Counted from the stretch's first letter, positions 1 through 12,502 are shown. The stretch: 64,000 nucleotides of DNA from Clostridia bacterium (GCA_029256705.1 JAQSXK010000006.1:3021-67020); one strand, 5' to 3'. A program made the numbers and translations. Notes: generated from the letters alone by a model not told the origin.

Positions 1-681
1 TATGACTTTTTTTTCAATTCTTGAAATATACGATTGAGATATTCCAAGTTTGTCTGCAACCTCCTTTTGAGTTAATTCATCTATCCCATTAAAACCATAT
101 CTCATCTGCATAATTACTTTTTCTCTTTCATTCAATTTTTTTATTGCGGTATTTAATACCTTCTTATTATCACTATCCTCAACGGATTTAAATATTACAT
201 CAATATCTGTACCTAAAATATCTGAAAGTGATAAATCATTACCTTCACTATCTATATTTATCGGCTCGTCAATAGATATTTCACTACGTATCTTATTATT
301 CTTTCTAAGAAACATTAATATTTCATTTTCAATGCATCTAGAAGCATATGTAGCAAGCTTTATATTTTTATCTAACTTATAACTATTTACTCCTTTCATA
401 AGTCCTATCGTTCCGATAGAAATTAAATCTTCTATATTTATTCCTGAATTTTCAAATTTCTTAGCTATATACACTACTAGCCTTAAATTTTTTTCCACCA
501 AAGTATTTTTTGCATCATTATCTTTATTCATTAATTTTTCAAGCAATACCGCCTCTTCTTCTGGTGTTAATATTGTAGGTAATTTATCACTACCAGATAT
601 ATAGAGAAGTGAATTTTCATCAATACCTATCATTTTTAAAAAATTGTAATAAATTTCTTTTATTTTTATCATACATTTCAT
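1..681 (-). CDS. sigE: Sporulation sigma factor sigma-E precursor (pro-sigma-E). The ATG is at 679-681 and the C-terminus is cut by the window edge.
   Basis: Own translation of the minus strand: MKCMIKIKEIYYNFLKMIGIDENSLLYISGSDKLPTILTPEEEAVLLEK...LTQKEVADKLGISQSYISRIEKKV. The protein has an N-terminal pro-sequence plus sigma-70 regions 2-4. AGGGGGC RBS sits upstream. The gene lies immediately downstream of spoIIGA, as in spoIIG operons. Confidence 0.85.
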   Translation of the reverse strand, partial: MKCMIKIKEIYYNFLKMIGIDENSLLYISGSDKLPTILTPEEEAVLLEKLMNKDNDAKNTLVEKNLRLVVYIAKKFENSGINIEDLISIGTIGLMKGVNSYKLDKNIKLATYASRCIENEILMFLRKNNKIRSEISIDEPINIDSEGNDLSLSDILGTDIDVIFKSVEDSDNKKVLNTAIKKLNEREKVIMQMRYGFNGIDELTQKEVADKLGISQSYISRIEKKVI

Positions 682-720
682 ATTATTGCCCCCTCTAGTT
701 TTTCCAAATATGTATTATAA

Positions 721-1500
721 CTAATTATACCGATCATGTTCATCGTTATTAATTTTTTCATCTATAAATACAATTATTGCTTTCTTAAGTTTTGTTTTCT
801 CTATTCCCCCTTTTTTAATACTTATATCATCAAATATATAACCTTTTACTTTAGTTTTGCCCGTAGCTGTTATAACGTCTAGACTAACTAATTCTCCATT
901 ATTAGTACATATATATTTACCCTTAATTTTTGATTCATATATTTTACTGTTTAAAATTATTACATCCAAATTATTTAAATGATCATTAAGAGTATTTCCA
1001 GTATCTACAAAAACCTTAAATGTAATTTTATTTAAACTATTTATAACTATTTTATACGTTAAATTATTATATTTAATTTTATTTATCCAAATTTTCCACA
1101 TGTATTTATTTATTATATATGTGATAATCATACTTACTATGTATAATAAAATTCTCATACTTATTTTACTTAAATTTATATTTAAAAATATAGAAGTAGA
1201 TATAATTATTCCTATATACGTTATATAAATTGAATAATAGTATATTTGATATTTTAAATATTTTATTATTTTTTTAGGTAAAAACAATAAATATAGTACT
1301 ATATTTATTGTTAGCATTTGAATTAAGATGTTATTGCAAATGTTAAGTATATTTATGATTGATATAACAGATAAAAATATCGATAATATAATTAGCTTTA
1401 ATTTTTTAACTTTTACTTTCACAAAAATACTTGTCTGATATAGAACCGATATATTTACAATAAAATTTTCTATGAATACATAATCTAAATATACTTTCAA
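721..1500 (-). CDS. spoIIGA: Sigma-E processing aspartic peptidase SpoIIGA (TTG start)
   Basis: 259-aa polytopic membrane protein with a C-terminal DTGN aspartic-protease motif (VFVDTGNTLN). GAGGTGA RBS. Placed between ftsZ and sigE. Confidence 0.8.
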   Translation of the reverse strand: MKVYLDYVFIENFIVNISVLYQTSIFVKVKVKKLKLIILSIFLSVISIINILNICNNILIQMLTINIVLYLLFLPKKIIKYLKYQIYYYSIYITYIGIIISTSIFLNINLSKISMRILLYIVSMIITYIINKYMWKIWINKIKYNNLTYKIVINSLNKITFKVFVDTGNTLNDHLNNLDVIILNSKIYESKIKGKYICTNNGELVSLDVITATGKTKVKGYIFDDISIKKGGIEKTKLKKAIIVFIDEKINNDEHDRYN

Positions 1501-1591
1501 TAAAAATCACCTCATAAGCATTATATACCTATTTATAAAAGAAAATTGTTGAAAAAAATTAATATTAAAATAATTTGATCTACAATAAAAC

Positions 1592-1628
1592 AAAAAAAAA
1601 ATCAAGAACACTTAATATTCTTGATTTT
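1592..1628 (-). terminator. Rho-independent terminator after ftsZ
   Basis: ATCAAGAACA / TATTCTTGAT hairpin followed by a 10-nt U-run on the minus strand. Confidence 0.6.
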
Positions 1629-1654
1629 TATATAATTAATTATTATGATTTATA

Positions 1655-2749
1655 CTATTCGCCCTTATTTCTTCTTAAGAAAGGAGGAACATCCCAATCT
1701 ACTTTATATTCACTTGATGTAGTTGACATCTTAGTGTTATTATTTACAGCCGCTTTTATAGCGTCCCCAACAATGTTGTCTAATTTCATGTCTGTATTAA
1801 ATGTTTTTTCAAATCCTGTTGCAATTACTGTTATTACTATTTCGTCTGTCATTGTTTCATTAATCACAGCACCAAATATTATATTAGCTTCTGGATCTAC
1901 AGATTTTTGAACAAGTTCTGCTGCTTCATTTATTTCTAGTAATCCTAAATCTTTTCCACCAGTAACATTAATTAAAACTCCACCTGCACCCTCAATTGAC
2001 GTTTCAAGTAAAGGACTGTGTATTGCTTGTCTTGCAGCTTCTTGAGCTCTATGTTCTCCGCTTGCTCTACCTATTCCAATATGTGCAATACCTGCATCCT
2101 GCATTATAGTTTTTACATCAGAAAAATCTAAGTTTACAAGACCTGGAACTGTTATTAAATCTGATATACCTTGTACACCTTGTTTTAATACGTCATCAGC
2201 CATTTTAAATGCATCAGTTATAGAAGTGTTTTTTTCAACAACTTGTAATAGCTTTTCATTTGGTATCGTTATTAAGGTATCAACAGTTTCTTTTAACTCA
2301 CCTATACCACTGTCAGCTTGATTCATTCTTCTTTTTCCTTCAAAAGGAAAAGGTTTTGTTACAACTGCTACTGTTAATATACCCATTTGTTTAGAAACTT
2401 CTGCAACTATAGGAGCTGCACCAGTACCTGTTCCTCCACCCATTCCAGATGTAACAAATACCATATCTGCACCTTTTAAAGCTTCAGCTATTTCAGCTCT
2501 TGATTCTTCTGCACTACATTTTCCTATTTCTGGATTTGCACCTGCACCTAATCCTCTAGTTAACTTTTCACCTATTTGAATTTTCTTTGAAGCTTTAGAA
2601 AGTTCTAGAGCTTGTTTATCTGTATTTATCGAAATAAACTCTACACCTTTAACTCCAGTTTCAATCATACGATTTACACCGCTATTTCCAGCTCCACCTA
2701 CTCCAACTACTTTAATATTGGCCATTCCTGCTTGCATTTGTGATTCCAT
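1655..2749 (-). CDS. ftsZ: Cell division GTPase FtsZ
   Basis: Tubulin-like signature [24 protein letters not shown]. Confidence 0.95.
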   Translation of the reverse strand: MESQMQAGMANIKVVGVGGAGNSGVNRMIETGVKGVEFISINTDKQALELSKASKKIQIGEKLTRGLGAGANPEIGKCSAEESRAEIAEALKGADMVFVTSGMGGGTGTGAAPIVAEVSKQMGILTVAVVTKPFPFEGKRRMNQADSGIGELKETVDTLITIPNEKLLQVVEKNTSITDAFKMADDVLKQGVQGISDLITVPGLVNLDFSDVKTIMQDAGIAHIGIGRASGEHRAQEAARQAIHSPLLETSIEGAGGVLINVTGGKDLGLLEINEAAELVQKSVDPEANIIFGAVINETMTDEIVITVIATGFEKTFNTDMKLDNIVGDAIKAAVNNNTKMSTTSSEYKVDWDVPPFLRRNKGE

Positions 2750-2772
2750 CTAAAATTCCTCCTTAATAACTA

Positions 2773-4065
2773 TTAATCATCATTTTCATCATCTGTATCT
2801 ATTTTCTTTGTTCTTTTAAATATATTTGTAAGTTTTTCTTTTGTTCCATTTAATATATCTAAAACTTTATCCTTAAATAAAGGTTCAGTTATTATTTCAA
2901 CTTCACTATTTACGTGTTTACTAAGACCTAAACTTGATATATATCTAACCATACCAAATACAGTGGTATGTTGTGGTTTTATGACATTTACTAATTTTGG
3001 TGAGCAAATTCTAACTTGGTTCAATTTTAATATTAACATTGCAAGTTCTTCCGCACCAATTATATTACTAATACCTTGTCCAGTTAAAACCATACATTCT
3101 ATCTTAGAATTTAATTTATTATCTGCTATTATTTTTTTTACTATTTGGTATATTTCTTTTACTCTTGCTTCTATAACTTGTACAATATCACTACATTTTA
3201 CAATATTTTGTCCATCGCTAGTTGAAACAGAATTTAGTTTAACTTCATGATTATTCTTAATCATTGCCTGTATTGCTAAATTATATTGTCTTTTTAATTT
3301 ATCTGCTTCTTCAGAAGATATATCAAAAGTTATAGCAATATCATTTGTTATATGATTACCACCTACTGGTAAAGTATCGTAGAATTGCAATTCAGAATCT
3401 TTATATACTGATATATCAGTATGTCCTGCACCAACATCTAGTAATAAAACTCCTAATTCTTTTTCTTCTGGCATCAATACAATATTAGATGTAGCCAATG
3501 TCTCTAGTATTACGCCATCTAACTTTATATCTGCAAGTTTAAGAGATTTTATCATTCCATCTAAATAATCCCCTTTTGCAATTACAACATCAGCTTTAAC
3601 TTCAAACTTTTTACAAAAAGCGCCTAAAGGTTCTTGCTTATATATTTTATCATTAACTTTATATTCACAAGGTAAAATATCTATAATTTGCTCATCTTTT
3701 TCTAATTTAGTTGCTGCCTGCATTTTATAGAATAAATTATTAATGTCTGTTACGCTTAATCCATCATCTGGTTTTTCAGTTTCAGATTCTATTAACATTC
3801 TTTGTATTCTTACATTCATTCCTTTTGCATTAACATATGCTGAATTAATAGACAGTCCAGATATTTCTTCCGCTGCATTAATAGCATCTTTTATTGATCT
3901 AGCTGCTTCTTGTGAGTCTATTATTTTTCCTTTTTTTACACTTGTATTATTTGACATTCCGTATCCAATTACTTCAATTTCGCTGAATTTGTTTACTTGA
4001 CCTACTAGTGAACAAGTTTTTGAAGCACCTATATCAAGTCCAACAATAATATCTCCAATAGCCAC
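2773..4065 (-). CDS. ftsA: Cell division protein FtsA (actin-like ATPase)
   Basis: 430 aa, DIGASKTCSLVGQ... actin-fold motifs. Lies upstream of ftsZ. Confidence 0.9.
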   Translation of the reverse strand: MAIGDIIVGLDIGASKTCSLVGQVNKFSEIEVIGYGMSNNTSVKKGKIIDSQEAARSIKDAINAAEEISGLSINSAYVNAKGMNVRIQRMLIESETEKPDDGLSVTDINNLFYKMQAATKLEKDEQIIDILPCEYKVNDKIYKQEPLGAFCKKFEVKADVVIAKGDYLDGMIKSLKLADIKLDGVILETLATSNIVLMPEEKELGVLLLDVGAGHTDISVYKDSELQFYDTLPVGGNHITNDIAITFDISSEEADKLKRQYNLAIQAMIKNNHEVKLNSVSTSDGQNIVKCSDIVQVIEARVKEIYQIVKKIIADNKLNSKIECMVLTGQGISNIIGAEELAMLILKLNQVRICSPKLVNVIKPQHTTVFGMVRYISSLGLSKHVNSEVEIITEPLFKDKVLDILNGTKEKLTNIFKRTKKIDTDDENDD

Positions 4066-4175
4066 ATTTACACCTCCAGATTTTAACTATATATATGATA
4101 CTATTTTTTTTATTAAAAATCAAGTGTTTTTGTAAAAATTATGTAATATATATGTAATTTTAATGAAATAGATAG

Positions 4176-4232
4176 AAATTTAGGGTATTTTTATTAACCA
4201 AAAAAATTATTAATAAAAAATACCCTAAATTA
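4176..4232. repeat. 14-bp perfect inverted repeat (TTTAGGGTATTTTT / AAAAATACCCTAAA) separated by ~25 nt. Likely a bidirectional terminator or operator.
   Basis: Seen directly in the ftsA / M50-protease intergenic region. Confidence 0.5.
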
Positions 4233-4245
4233 TAATTATACTAAC

Positions 4246-4845
4246 CTATTCATTACTCTTATTTATCTTTAATACAAATACATATAAAGAAAATATAAGT
4301 AATGAAAAACTATAATATTCTTTTATTTGATATATAGAGATTATCACCAAAATAACTAGAAATATATTACATATATTATCTATGCTTTTATCAATTTTTT
4401 TACCTGGAAAGAAAATGTTTAATATATTTAAAATTATGTTATATCCATCAAGAGGAAATATAGGTAGTAAATTCAGTAATGCTAAAAATATATTTATTTC
4501 CCTTATCATTATATTGTTTTTAAATATATATGCTAATATCAAATTTGAAAATGGTCCTGATAAATAAATTATTATATTTTTAATATACACATATTTACTT
4601 TTTATATATTTATCTTTTTCAAAAGTTGCGCACACTCCAGAGATAGATAATTTAATTTTAATTAATTTTTTATTTAAAATATTTCCTACAAAAATATGCA
4701 TTAACTCATGAAACAATATAAATAAATAACACGCAAAGAAATAATATAAAAATTTAAATGCTGTATTTGATATAATCGAAGTAAAAATTAAAAATATGAA
4801 TATTATTTCTATTTCGACACGACAAAATTTTGTTTTAAGTATCAT
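4246..4845 (-). CDS. Site-2 protease family (M50) membrane metalloprotease, SpoIVFB-like
   Basis: Polytopic membrane protein with the HELMH zinc motif (FHELMHIFVG). Immediately downstream of an M23-domain membrane protein, as in spoIVFA-spoIVFB. Confidence 0.6.
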   Translation of the reverse strand: MILKTKFCRVEIEIIFIFLIFTSIISNTAFKFLYYFFACYLFILFHELMHIFVGNILNKKLIKIKLSISGVCATFEKDKYIKSKYVYIKNIIIYLSGPFSNLILAYIFKNNIMIREINIFLALLNLLPIFPLDGYNIILNILNIFFPGKKIDKSIDNICNIFLVILVIISIYQIKEYYSFSLLIFSLYVFVLKINKSNE

Positions 4846-4848
4846 ATA

Positions 4849-6009
4849 CTAAAATTTTACTAATTCTTCAGGATTTACTGTTCTTCCATCTATTCTGATT
4901 TCAAAATGAAGATGTGGTCCGGTTGACATTCCTGTATTTCCCATAAATCCTATATTTTCATTTTGTTTTACAATATTGTTCAATTTTACACTTATACTAT
5001 CTAGATGTGCATATTTAAATACAACTCCATTTTCTGTTATTTCCAAAAAATTTCCATAATATTTGTTATTATATTCAATTTTTGTAACGATTCCTTCTGT
5101 TGCACTTGAAATTTTTGTTCCTTTTTTATTTGCAATATCTATACCTGTATGATAAGGATCTACTCCTGTAAATACTACTTCCCTTATACCATATCTTGAA
5201 GTAATAACTCCAACTACAGGAGATATTATACTTATATTTTTGGATTTAATAACATTAACGTCATTTTCCATAATACTTATTGAACTTGTTGCCTCTTCTT
5301 TCTTTTCATCTAATGGTTCAGCTCCCCCAATTCCATTTAAAATTTCTTCTTTTTCTTTAGCAGCTATATAATCACTATTTGAGGATATTGATTCTATATT
5401 TTTATTTTCAATTATAACTTCCTTTTTATTACTATCTAAATTTACTAAATCTTTTAATGCTAATTTCAAATCAAACTCTAATATATATGGTTTTAAAAAC
5501 GTGAAATATTTTTCTTTTAGATATTCTTTTATTTTATCAGGAAATATATTACCAATAGCTAAATCCATATTATAGAATCTATATTCAATTTTTTCTAATA
5601 TGTTTGCTCTTGAAAAATCCATATTGTAATGATTATATAATTTTACAACTGTATCATTTTTCTTTATATTATCTAATAAAAATATTTTAGTTACCAAAAC
5701 TGAAAACAAAATAACCGAACAAAAAAATAATTTGATTATCAATCTTGTCTTAAAATTAAATATTATATTATTTTCATTTTTGCTATTTGGTTTACTATAT
5801 CCTTTTTCTTTATATATTCTTTCTTTATTTCCTTTATATGATTCGATATTTAAATCAACATCCCCAACACTATTTAACAAACTTTTTCTTAACCTTCTCG
5901 CAGAAATAACGTTCTCCATAATTTTCCTCCTATTTTGTATATCGCATTTATAATTACTTATTACAATATATATTATTTTCTTAAAATTATGAATAAAAAA
6001 ATATAACAA
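4849..6009 (-). CDS. Membrane-anchored M23/LytM-domain protein (SpoIVFA- or SpoIIQ-like)
   Basis: N-terminal basic cytoplasmic segment, one TM, and a C-terminal M23 domain with intact HxxxD (YHTGIDIA) and HxH (GPHLHFEIR) motifs. Confidence 0.6.
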   Translation of the reverse strand: MLYFFIHNFKKIIYIVISNYKCDIQNRRKIMENVISARRLRKSLLNSVGDVDLNIESYKGNKERIYKEKGYSKPNSKNENNIIFNFKTRLIIKLFFCSVILFSVLVTKIFLLDNIKKNDTVVKLYNHYNMDFSRANILEKIEYRFYNMDLAIGNIFPDKIKEYLKEKYFTFLKPYILEFDLKLALKDLVNLDSNKKEVIIENKNIESISSNSDYIAAKEKEEILNGIGGAEPLDEKKEEATSSISIMENDVNVIKSKNISIISPVVGVITSRYGIREVVFTGVDPYHTGIDIANKKGTKISSATEGIVTKIEYNNKYYGNFLEITENGVVFKYAHLDSISVKLNNIVKQNENIGFMGNTGMSTGPHLHFEIRIDGRTVNPEELVKF

Positions 6010-6036
6010 CTTTAACTAGCTGTTATATTTTTAAAA

Positions 6037-7416
6037 TTAAACAATTTCAGCAGTTATATACCACAAATTGTTTTTTATTATTTTAACTCTTCTTATTTCA
6101 CCAATATCTTTATCTTCCGCCTTGAAAATTACTATTTTATTAGTATTTGTTCTACCAGTATAATAATCTTCATTAGTCTTACTTTTACCTTCTACTAAAA
6201 TATAATATTCTTTACCCAGCATATCTTCGTTAATTTCATATGTAATCTTTTCAAATAACTTTTTTAATCTTGTTATTCTAGAAACTTTTTCTTCATAAGG
6301 TGTTAAATCTTCCATAATAGCAGCTTTTGTTCCAGTCCTTTTAGAATAAATATACATAAATATTTGATCATATTTAACTTCATCAACAACATTAAAGGTT
6401 TCTAAAAAATCTTCCTCAGTTTCTCCAGGAAACCCAACAATTATGTCTGTTGAAAAAGTTACAATATCACATTTTTCTTTCATTTTATAAATTAATTTTA
6501 AATAATCATCTTTAGTATACTTTCTATTCATCAATTTTAATATTCTGTCACTTCCAGATTGTAACGGTAAATGTATTTGTTTAGATATTTTTATTGATTT
6601 TGATATAGTCTCAATTAAATCATTCGTAAAATCTTTTGGGTGTGGTGATACAAAACGTATTATTTCTATTCCATTAATTTTCTCAATCTCTTCAAGAAGT
6701 TTTGCAAATGTATCACCATTATTTAAATCCTTCCCATATGAATTAACATTTTGACCTAATAAAGTAATTTCTTTATATCCATCTTTTGCTAATTTTTTTA
6801 TATCATTTAATATATCTTCTTTTAATCTACTTCTTTCTCTTCCGCGTACATAAGGAACAATACAATATGTACAAAAGTTATTACATCCATATATAATAGT
6901 TACTGTCGCTTTATATTTATCTTCAAAAACTATAGGAACATCTTCTACTACTTGTCCGTCAGATTGAATATACTCATATTTTTTTTCCTTTTTCATTATT
7001 GTGTTATAGAGTTTTTCTGGAAAACTCTGAATTCCATTAGTACCAAAAACAATATCTGTATATGGGTAAGATTCTTTGATTTTTTTAATTATATGTTCTT
7101 GTTGTGCCATACAACCAGCTACAACTAAATATGTATTATTCTCTGTTTTTCTCTTATTTTTTAATGCTCCCAATCTACCAAACAATGTATTTTCGGCATT
7201 TTCTCTTACGGTACACGTATTAAATAATATAAGATTTGATTCTATCTCGCTTTTCCCCTTAATAAAACCCATAGATTCTAAAATACCCGCATATTTATTA
7301 GAATCATTTTCATTCATTGCACATCCCATAGTATCTATAAAATATGTTAGTCCATTATTTGTTACGTAATCTTTAAGTTTTTCTATATAATTATTTTTAA
7401 ATTTCAATAAATTCAC
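6037..7416 (-). CDS. miaB: Radical-SAM methylthiotransferase (MiaB/RimO family) with a TRAM domain
   Basis: MTTase N-terminal Cys triad plus the radical SAM motif CNNFCTYC. 459 aa. Confidence 0.75.
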   Translation of the reverse strand: MNLLKFKNNYIEKLKDYVTNNGLTYFIDTMGCAMNENDSNKYAGILESMGFIKGKSEIESNLILFNTCTVRENAENTLFGRLGALKNKRKTENNTYLVVAGCMAQQEHIIKKIKESYPYTDIVFGTNGIQSFPEKLYNTIMKKEKKYEYIQSDGQVVEDVPIVFEDKYKATVTIIYGCNNFCTYCIVPYVRGRERSRLKEDILNDIKKLAKDGYKEITLLGQNVNSYGKDLNNGDTFAKLLEEIEKINGIEIIRFVSPHPKDFTNDLIETISKSIKISKQIHLPLQSGSDRILKLMNRKYTKDDYLKLIYKMKEKCDIVTFSTDIIVGFPGETEEDFLETFNVVDEVKYDQIFMYIYSKRTGTKAAIMEDLTPYEEKVSRITRLKKLFEKITYEINEDMLGKEYYILVEGKSKTNEDYYTGRTNTNKIVIFKAEDKDIGEIRRVKIIKNNLWYITAEIV

Positions 7417-7482
7417 CTACTTAAAAAAATATACCCTGCAATTTAATTCAGAGTATATCACATATATAATAGAATATTTTGA

Positions 7483-8040
7483 TTATGCTCTTTCCATGTA
7501 TTGGGAAGTTCTAGTATCTATTCTAATTACATTTCCTATTTCTATAAATATTGGAACATTAAATACTGCTCCTGTTTCTACAGTTGCTGGTTTAGTAGTA
7601 CCTGTTGATGTACTTCCTTTTATTCCAGGTTCTGTATATGTTACTTCAAGTTCAACAAATGTAGGAGGTTCAATACCAAATATATTGCCTTTGTATGATA
7701 ATACTTTAAAATTCATATTATCTTTTAAGAAAGGTAATGTATCTTCTATTTGTTCTTTAGAAAGTTCAACTTGCTCAAATGATGTTGTATCCATAAATGT
7801 ATATCTTTCACCATCATTATATAGATATTGCATTTCTTGTATTGTTATTTGAGCTTCTTCAACTTTTTCAGTTGGATTAAAAGTTTTTTCTAATGTATTA
7901 CCAGTTATAACATTTTTTAATCTTGTCCTTACAAAAGCTGCTCCTTTACCTGGTTTTACATGTTGAAAATCAACAACTCTATATACTGATGAATCCATCT
8001 CAAATGTTACACCATTTCTAAATTCTCCTGCTAAAATCAT
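7483..8040 (-). CDS. efp: Elongation factor P
   Basis: [43 protein letters not shown] matches EF-P. Confidence 0.95.
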   Translation of the reverse strand: MILAGEFRNGVTFEMDSSVYRVVDFQHVKPGKGAAFVRTRLKNVITGNTLEKTFNPTEKVEEAQITIQEMQYLYNDGERYTFMDTTSFEQVELSKEQIEDTLPFLKDNMNFKVLSYKGNIFGIEPPTFVELEVTYTEPGIKGSTSTGTTKPATVETGAVFNVPIFIEIGNVIRIDTRTSQYMERA

Positions 8041-8060
8041 AAAACTCCCCGCTTTCTATC

Positions 8061-8405
8061 TTATTTTATTTTTTCTACTAATGCTGTAAATGCATTCGCA
8101 TCGTTTACTGCCATTTCTGCAAGCATTTTTCTATTTATATTAATATTTGCTTTTTTTAGACCTGACATAAATTTGCTATAAGGCATTCCATTTAATCTTG
8201 CTGCTGCATTTATTCTTGCAATCCATAGTTGTCTAAAATTTCTCTTTTTTTGTTTTCTTCCAACATATGCATAATTTCCAGATTTCATAACAGCTTGAAT
8301 AGCCATTCTAAATCTTACAGATTTTGCTCCAAAATATCCTTTTGCTCTTTTTAAAACTTTTTTATGTCTTGCTCTTGTTGTAACTGCTCCTTTTACTCTT
8401 GCCAT
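8061..8405 (-). CDS. rplT: 50S ribosomal protein L20
   Basis: [26 protein letters not shown]... Confidence 0.97.
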   Translation of the reverse strand: MARVKGAVTTRARHKKVLKRAKGYFGAKSVRFRMAIQAVMKSGNYAYVGRKQKKRNFRQLWIARINAAARLNGMPYSKFMSGLKKANININRKMLAEMAVNDANAFTALVEKIK

Positions 8406-8422
8406 TTTACTCTTCTCCCTTC

Positions 8423-8620
8423 TTAGCTATATGGTAATAATTTTTTAACTGCACTTTTATTTGCACTTTGTACATATGCAGATTGTTTTAATGATAATTT
8501 TCTCTTTGATGATTTACATGTTAGTTTATGTGCTCTGTTTGCTACTGTTTTTTTAATTTTACCAGACTTTGTTACTGATAATCTTTTTTTAGATGCACTA
8601 TGTGTTTTCATTTTAGGCAT
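8423..8620 (-). CDS. rpmI: 50S ribosomal protein L35
   Basis: [24 protein letters not shown]... Confidence 0.95.
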   Translation of the reverse strand: MPKMKTHSASKKRLSVTKSGKIKKTVANRAHKLTCKSSKRKLSLKQSAYVQSANKSAVKKLLPYS

Positions 8621-8646
8621 AATATTTTCTCCCCTTCCAAATTCAA

Positions 8647-9153
8647 CTATTTTTGTTTTGGTGCTAAAAACATTACAAGGTTCTTACCTTCCATTTTAGC
8701 TTCTTTTTCAACTTGACCTTCTGAAATCATTTCTTTGAAACTATTCATAATTTCTCTACCTTGATTTATAAAATTAAGTTGTCTACCTCTAAATCTCATT
8801 GTAATTTTAACCTTATCTCCTGATGTAATAAATTTAACTGCCATTTTAGCTTTTACTTCTAAATCATGTTTGTCAATATTTGGTGATAATCTTACTTCTT
8901 TAGTTTCAACTATTTTTTGTTTCTTTTTTGCTTCTTTAGCTTTTTTATTCATCTCAAATTTATACTTACTATAATCTAGCATTTTACATACTGGATTTTC
9001 AGCATTTGGAGAAACCAAAACTAAATCTAAATTTTTAGAATAAGCCATTTCAATAGCTTCTCTAGTCGAAATTTTACCTATTTTCTCGCCATTATCATCA
9101 ATTACTTGAACTTGAGCTACTTTTATTTGCTCATTAATTAGAAAATCTTTTAT
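8647..9153 (-). CDS. infC: Translation initiation factor IF-3. The start is probably a non-AUG codon (ATA at 9151-9153 or ATT at 9157-9159).
   Basis: The IF-3 sequence begins at IKDFLINEQIKVAQVQVIDDNGEK. A GGAGGTG RBS lies 9 nt upstream of ATA. The in-frame ATG lies upstream of the RBS. Confidence 0.85.
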   Translation of the reverse strand: MKDFLINEQIKVAQVQVIDDNGEKIGKISTREAIEMAYSKNLDLVLVSPNAENPVCKMLDYSKYKFEMNKKAKEAKKKQKIVETKEVRLSPNIDKHDLEVKAKMAVKFITSGDKVKITMRFRGRQLNFINQGREIMNSFKEMISEGQVEKEAKMEGKNLVMFLAPKQK

Positions 9154-9174
9154 ACTAATACACCTCCACAAAAA

Positions 9175-9212
9175 TATATAAAAAAGATTGCTCTAGTAAA
9201 AGGCAATCTTCT
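9175..9212 (-). terminator. Leader hairpin and U-run immediately upstream of the infC RBS. Putative L20-controlled attenuator.
   Basis: Minus-strand AAGATTGCC-tttactagag-CAATCTT followed by TTTTTTATAT. Confidence 0.5.
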
Positions 9213-9310
9213 CAAAAACTATAAAAATTAATAATCTTATACTAATTTGTATGTTACCATTACGCAATAAATTGGCATGGTGAGAAGAAATCCTCTACTT
9301 GATAAATAGA

Positions 9311-9339
9311 ATTATACACTATAAATTAGTATTTGTCAA
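9311..9339 (-). promoter_or_regulatory. Sigma-A promoter of the infC-rpmI-rplT operon
   Basis: Minus strand: TTGACA, 17-nt spacer ending in TG, then TATAAT. Confidence 0.6.
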
Positions 9340-9382
9340 TAGTTTAATATTTTTTTCATGATTATTAATTGAAAATTAGATA

Positions 9383-9420
9383 ATAAAAAGAGATTTACTA
9401 AAATTAAATAAATCTCCTTT
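9383..9420 (-). terminator. Rho-independent terminator after gyrB
   Basis: GGAGATTTA / TAAATCTCT hairpin followed by a U-run on the minus strand. Confidence 0.6.
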
Positions 9421-9435
9421 TATATTTTTAATATA

Positions 9436-11394
<1,959 letters not shown>

Positions 11395-11411
11395 TTATAT
11401 CACAGACAATA

Positions 11412-12491
11412 CTAATTTTGCAAGTGTCCATTTAATATTTTATAAATTTTAATATTTTCTAAACTTTCTATAAAACCTTGTTCTGTAGTTGTAATTATAG
11501 ATTGATAATTTTCTATATATTTAAGTAAAAACCTTATTCTTTTACTATCTAGTTCAGACATTATATCATCTAATAATAATATAGGCGTCTCATTCTTTAT
11601 TTCTTTTAAAACCTCAAAATTTGATAATTTCAAAGTAAGTAAAGCTGTTCTATTTTGACCCTGTGATCCATACTTATTTACTTCAAATTTATTAATAAAA
11701 ATTTCTATATCATCTCTTTGTAATCCTTTAGTACTTGTTTTTCGAAATATATCTATATTTATATTGCTATTTAGTATTTCAATAATTTGCTCTTTTTTCA
11801 AATCAATAAATTCAGAAATATATTTTATATCTATTTCTTCTTTATTATCTGTTATACTTAAATGTATTCTTTTTGCATGAATCAATATATTATTTAATAT
11901 ATTCTTTCTAATTTCTGTTATTTTTTCTATATTATTACCCATTTTTTCATGTAATATATATATATATTCTTTTGCTTCTTTGGTTATAATTTTTTTAAGT
12001 AAATTGTTTTTTATTTTTAAATATTTATTATATTCTTGTAAATTCATCATATAAGATTTAGAAATTTGACAGCATATCATATCTATAAACTTTCTTCTAC
12101 TACTTGGCGAACCTTTTACAATATCTAAATCATCAGGTGAAAAAACAACTATTAAAATCTCACCAATTATTGAAGATATTTTTTTTATTTTAATATCATC
12201 ATATTTAATTATCTTATTACCTAACCTATCTATAAAAACTTCTACATTGTTTTCAATATTATTTTTATTATATTTTAAACTTACACGTGAATAATCTTTA
12301 TCAAAATTTACTAATTCAATATCTTTTATTGTTCTATATGATTTAGCGAATGCGGATAAATAAATAGCCTCTATAATATTAGTTTTTCCTTGAGCATTAT
12401 CACCTATAATTAAATTTATTCCATTTATAAATAGAATTTTTTGATTATCATAATTTCTAAAACCTTCTAAATTTATTTGATCAATAAACAT
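11412..12491 (-). CDS. recF: DNA replication/repair protein RecF
   Basis: MFIDQINLEGFRNY, Walker A GDNAQGKTNIIEAI, ABC-like signature. Confidence 0.9.
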   Translation of the reverse strand: MFIDQINLEGFRNYDNQKILFINGINLIIGDNAQGKTNIIEAIYLSAFAKSYRTIKDIELVNFDKDYSRVSLKYNKNNIENNVEVFIDRLGNKIIKYDDIKIKKISSIIGEILIVVFSPDDLDIVKGSPSSRRKFIDMICCQISKSYMMNLQEYNKYLKIKNNLLKKIITKEAKEYIYILHEKMGNNIEKITEIRKNILNNILIHAKRIHLSITDNKEEIDIKYISEFIDLKKEQIIEILNSNINIDIFRKTSTKGLQRDDIEIFINKFEVNKYGSQGQNRTALLTLKLSNFEVLKEIKNETPILLLDDIMSELDSKRIRFLLKYIENYQSIITTTEQGFIESLENIKIYKILNGHLQN

Positions 12492-12502
12492 AATTTTGCC
12501 TT

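Noticed and set aside
2963-3250. The ORF-track entries antisense to ftsA (2963-3250, 3743-4000), gyrB/recF (11205-11435), yidC (17058-17300), mnmE (18831-19232, 19251-19730), mnmG (20825-21349), the GGDEF gene (52055-52399) and many others
   Set aside because: They lie wholly inside well-supported genes on the opposite strand, have no RBS, and show the low-complexity I/L/F/S composition expected from antisense reading of AT-rich coding DNA.
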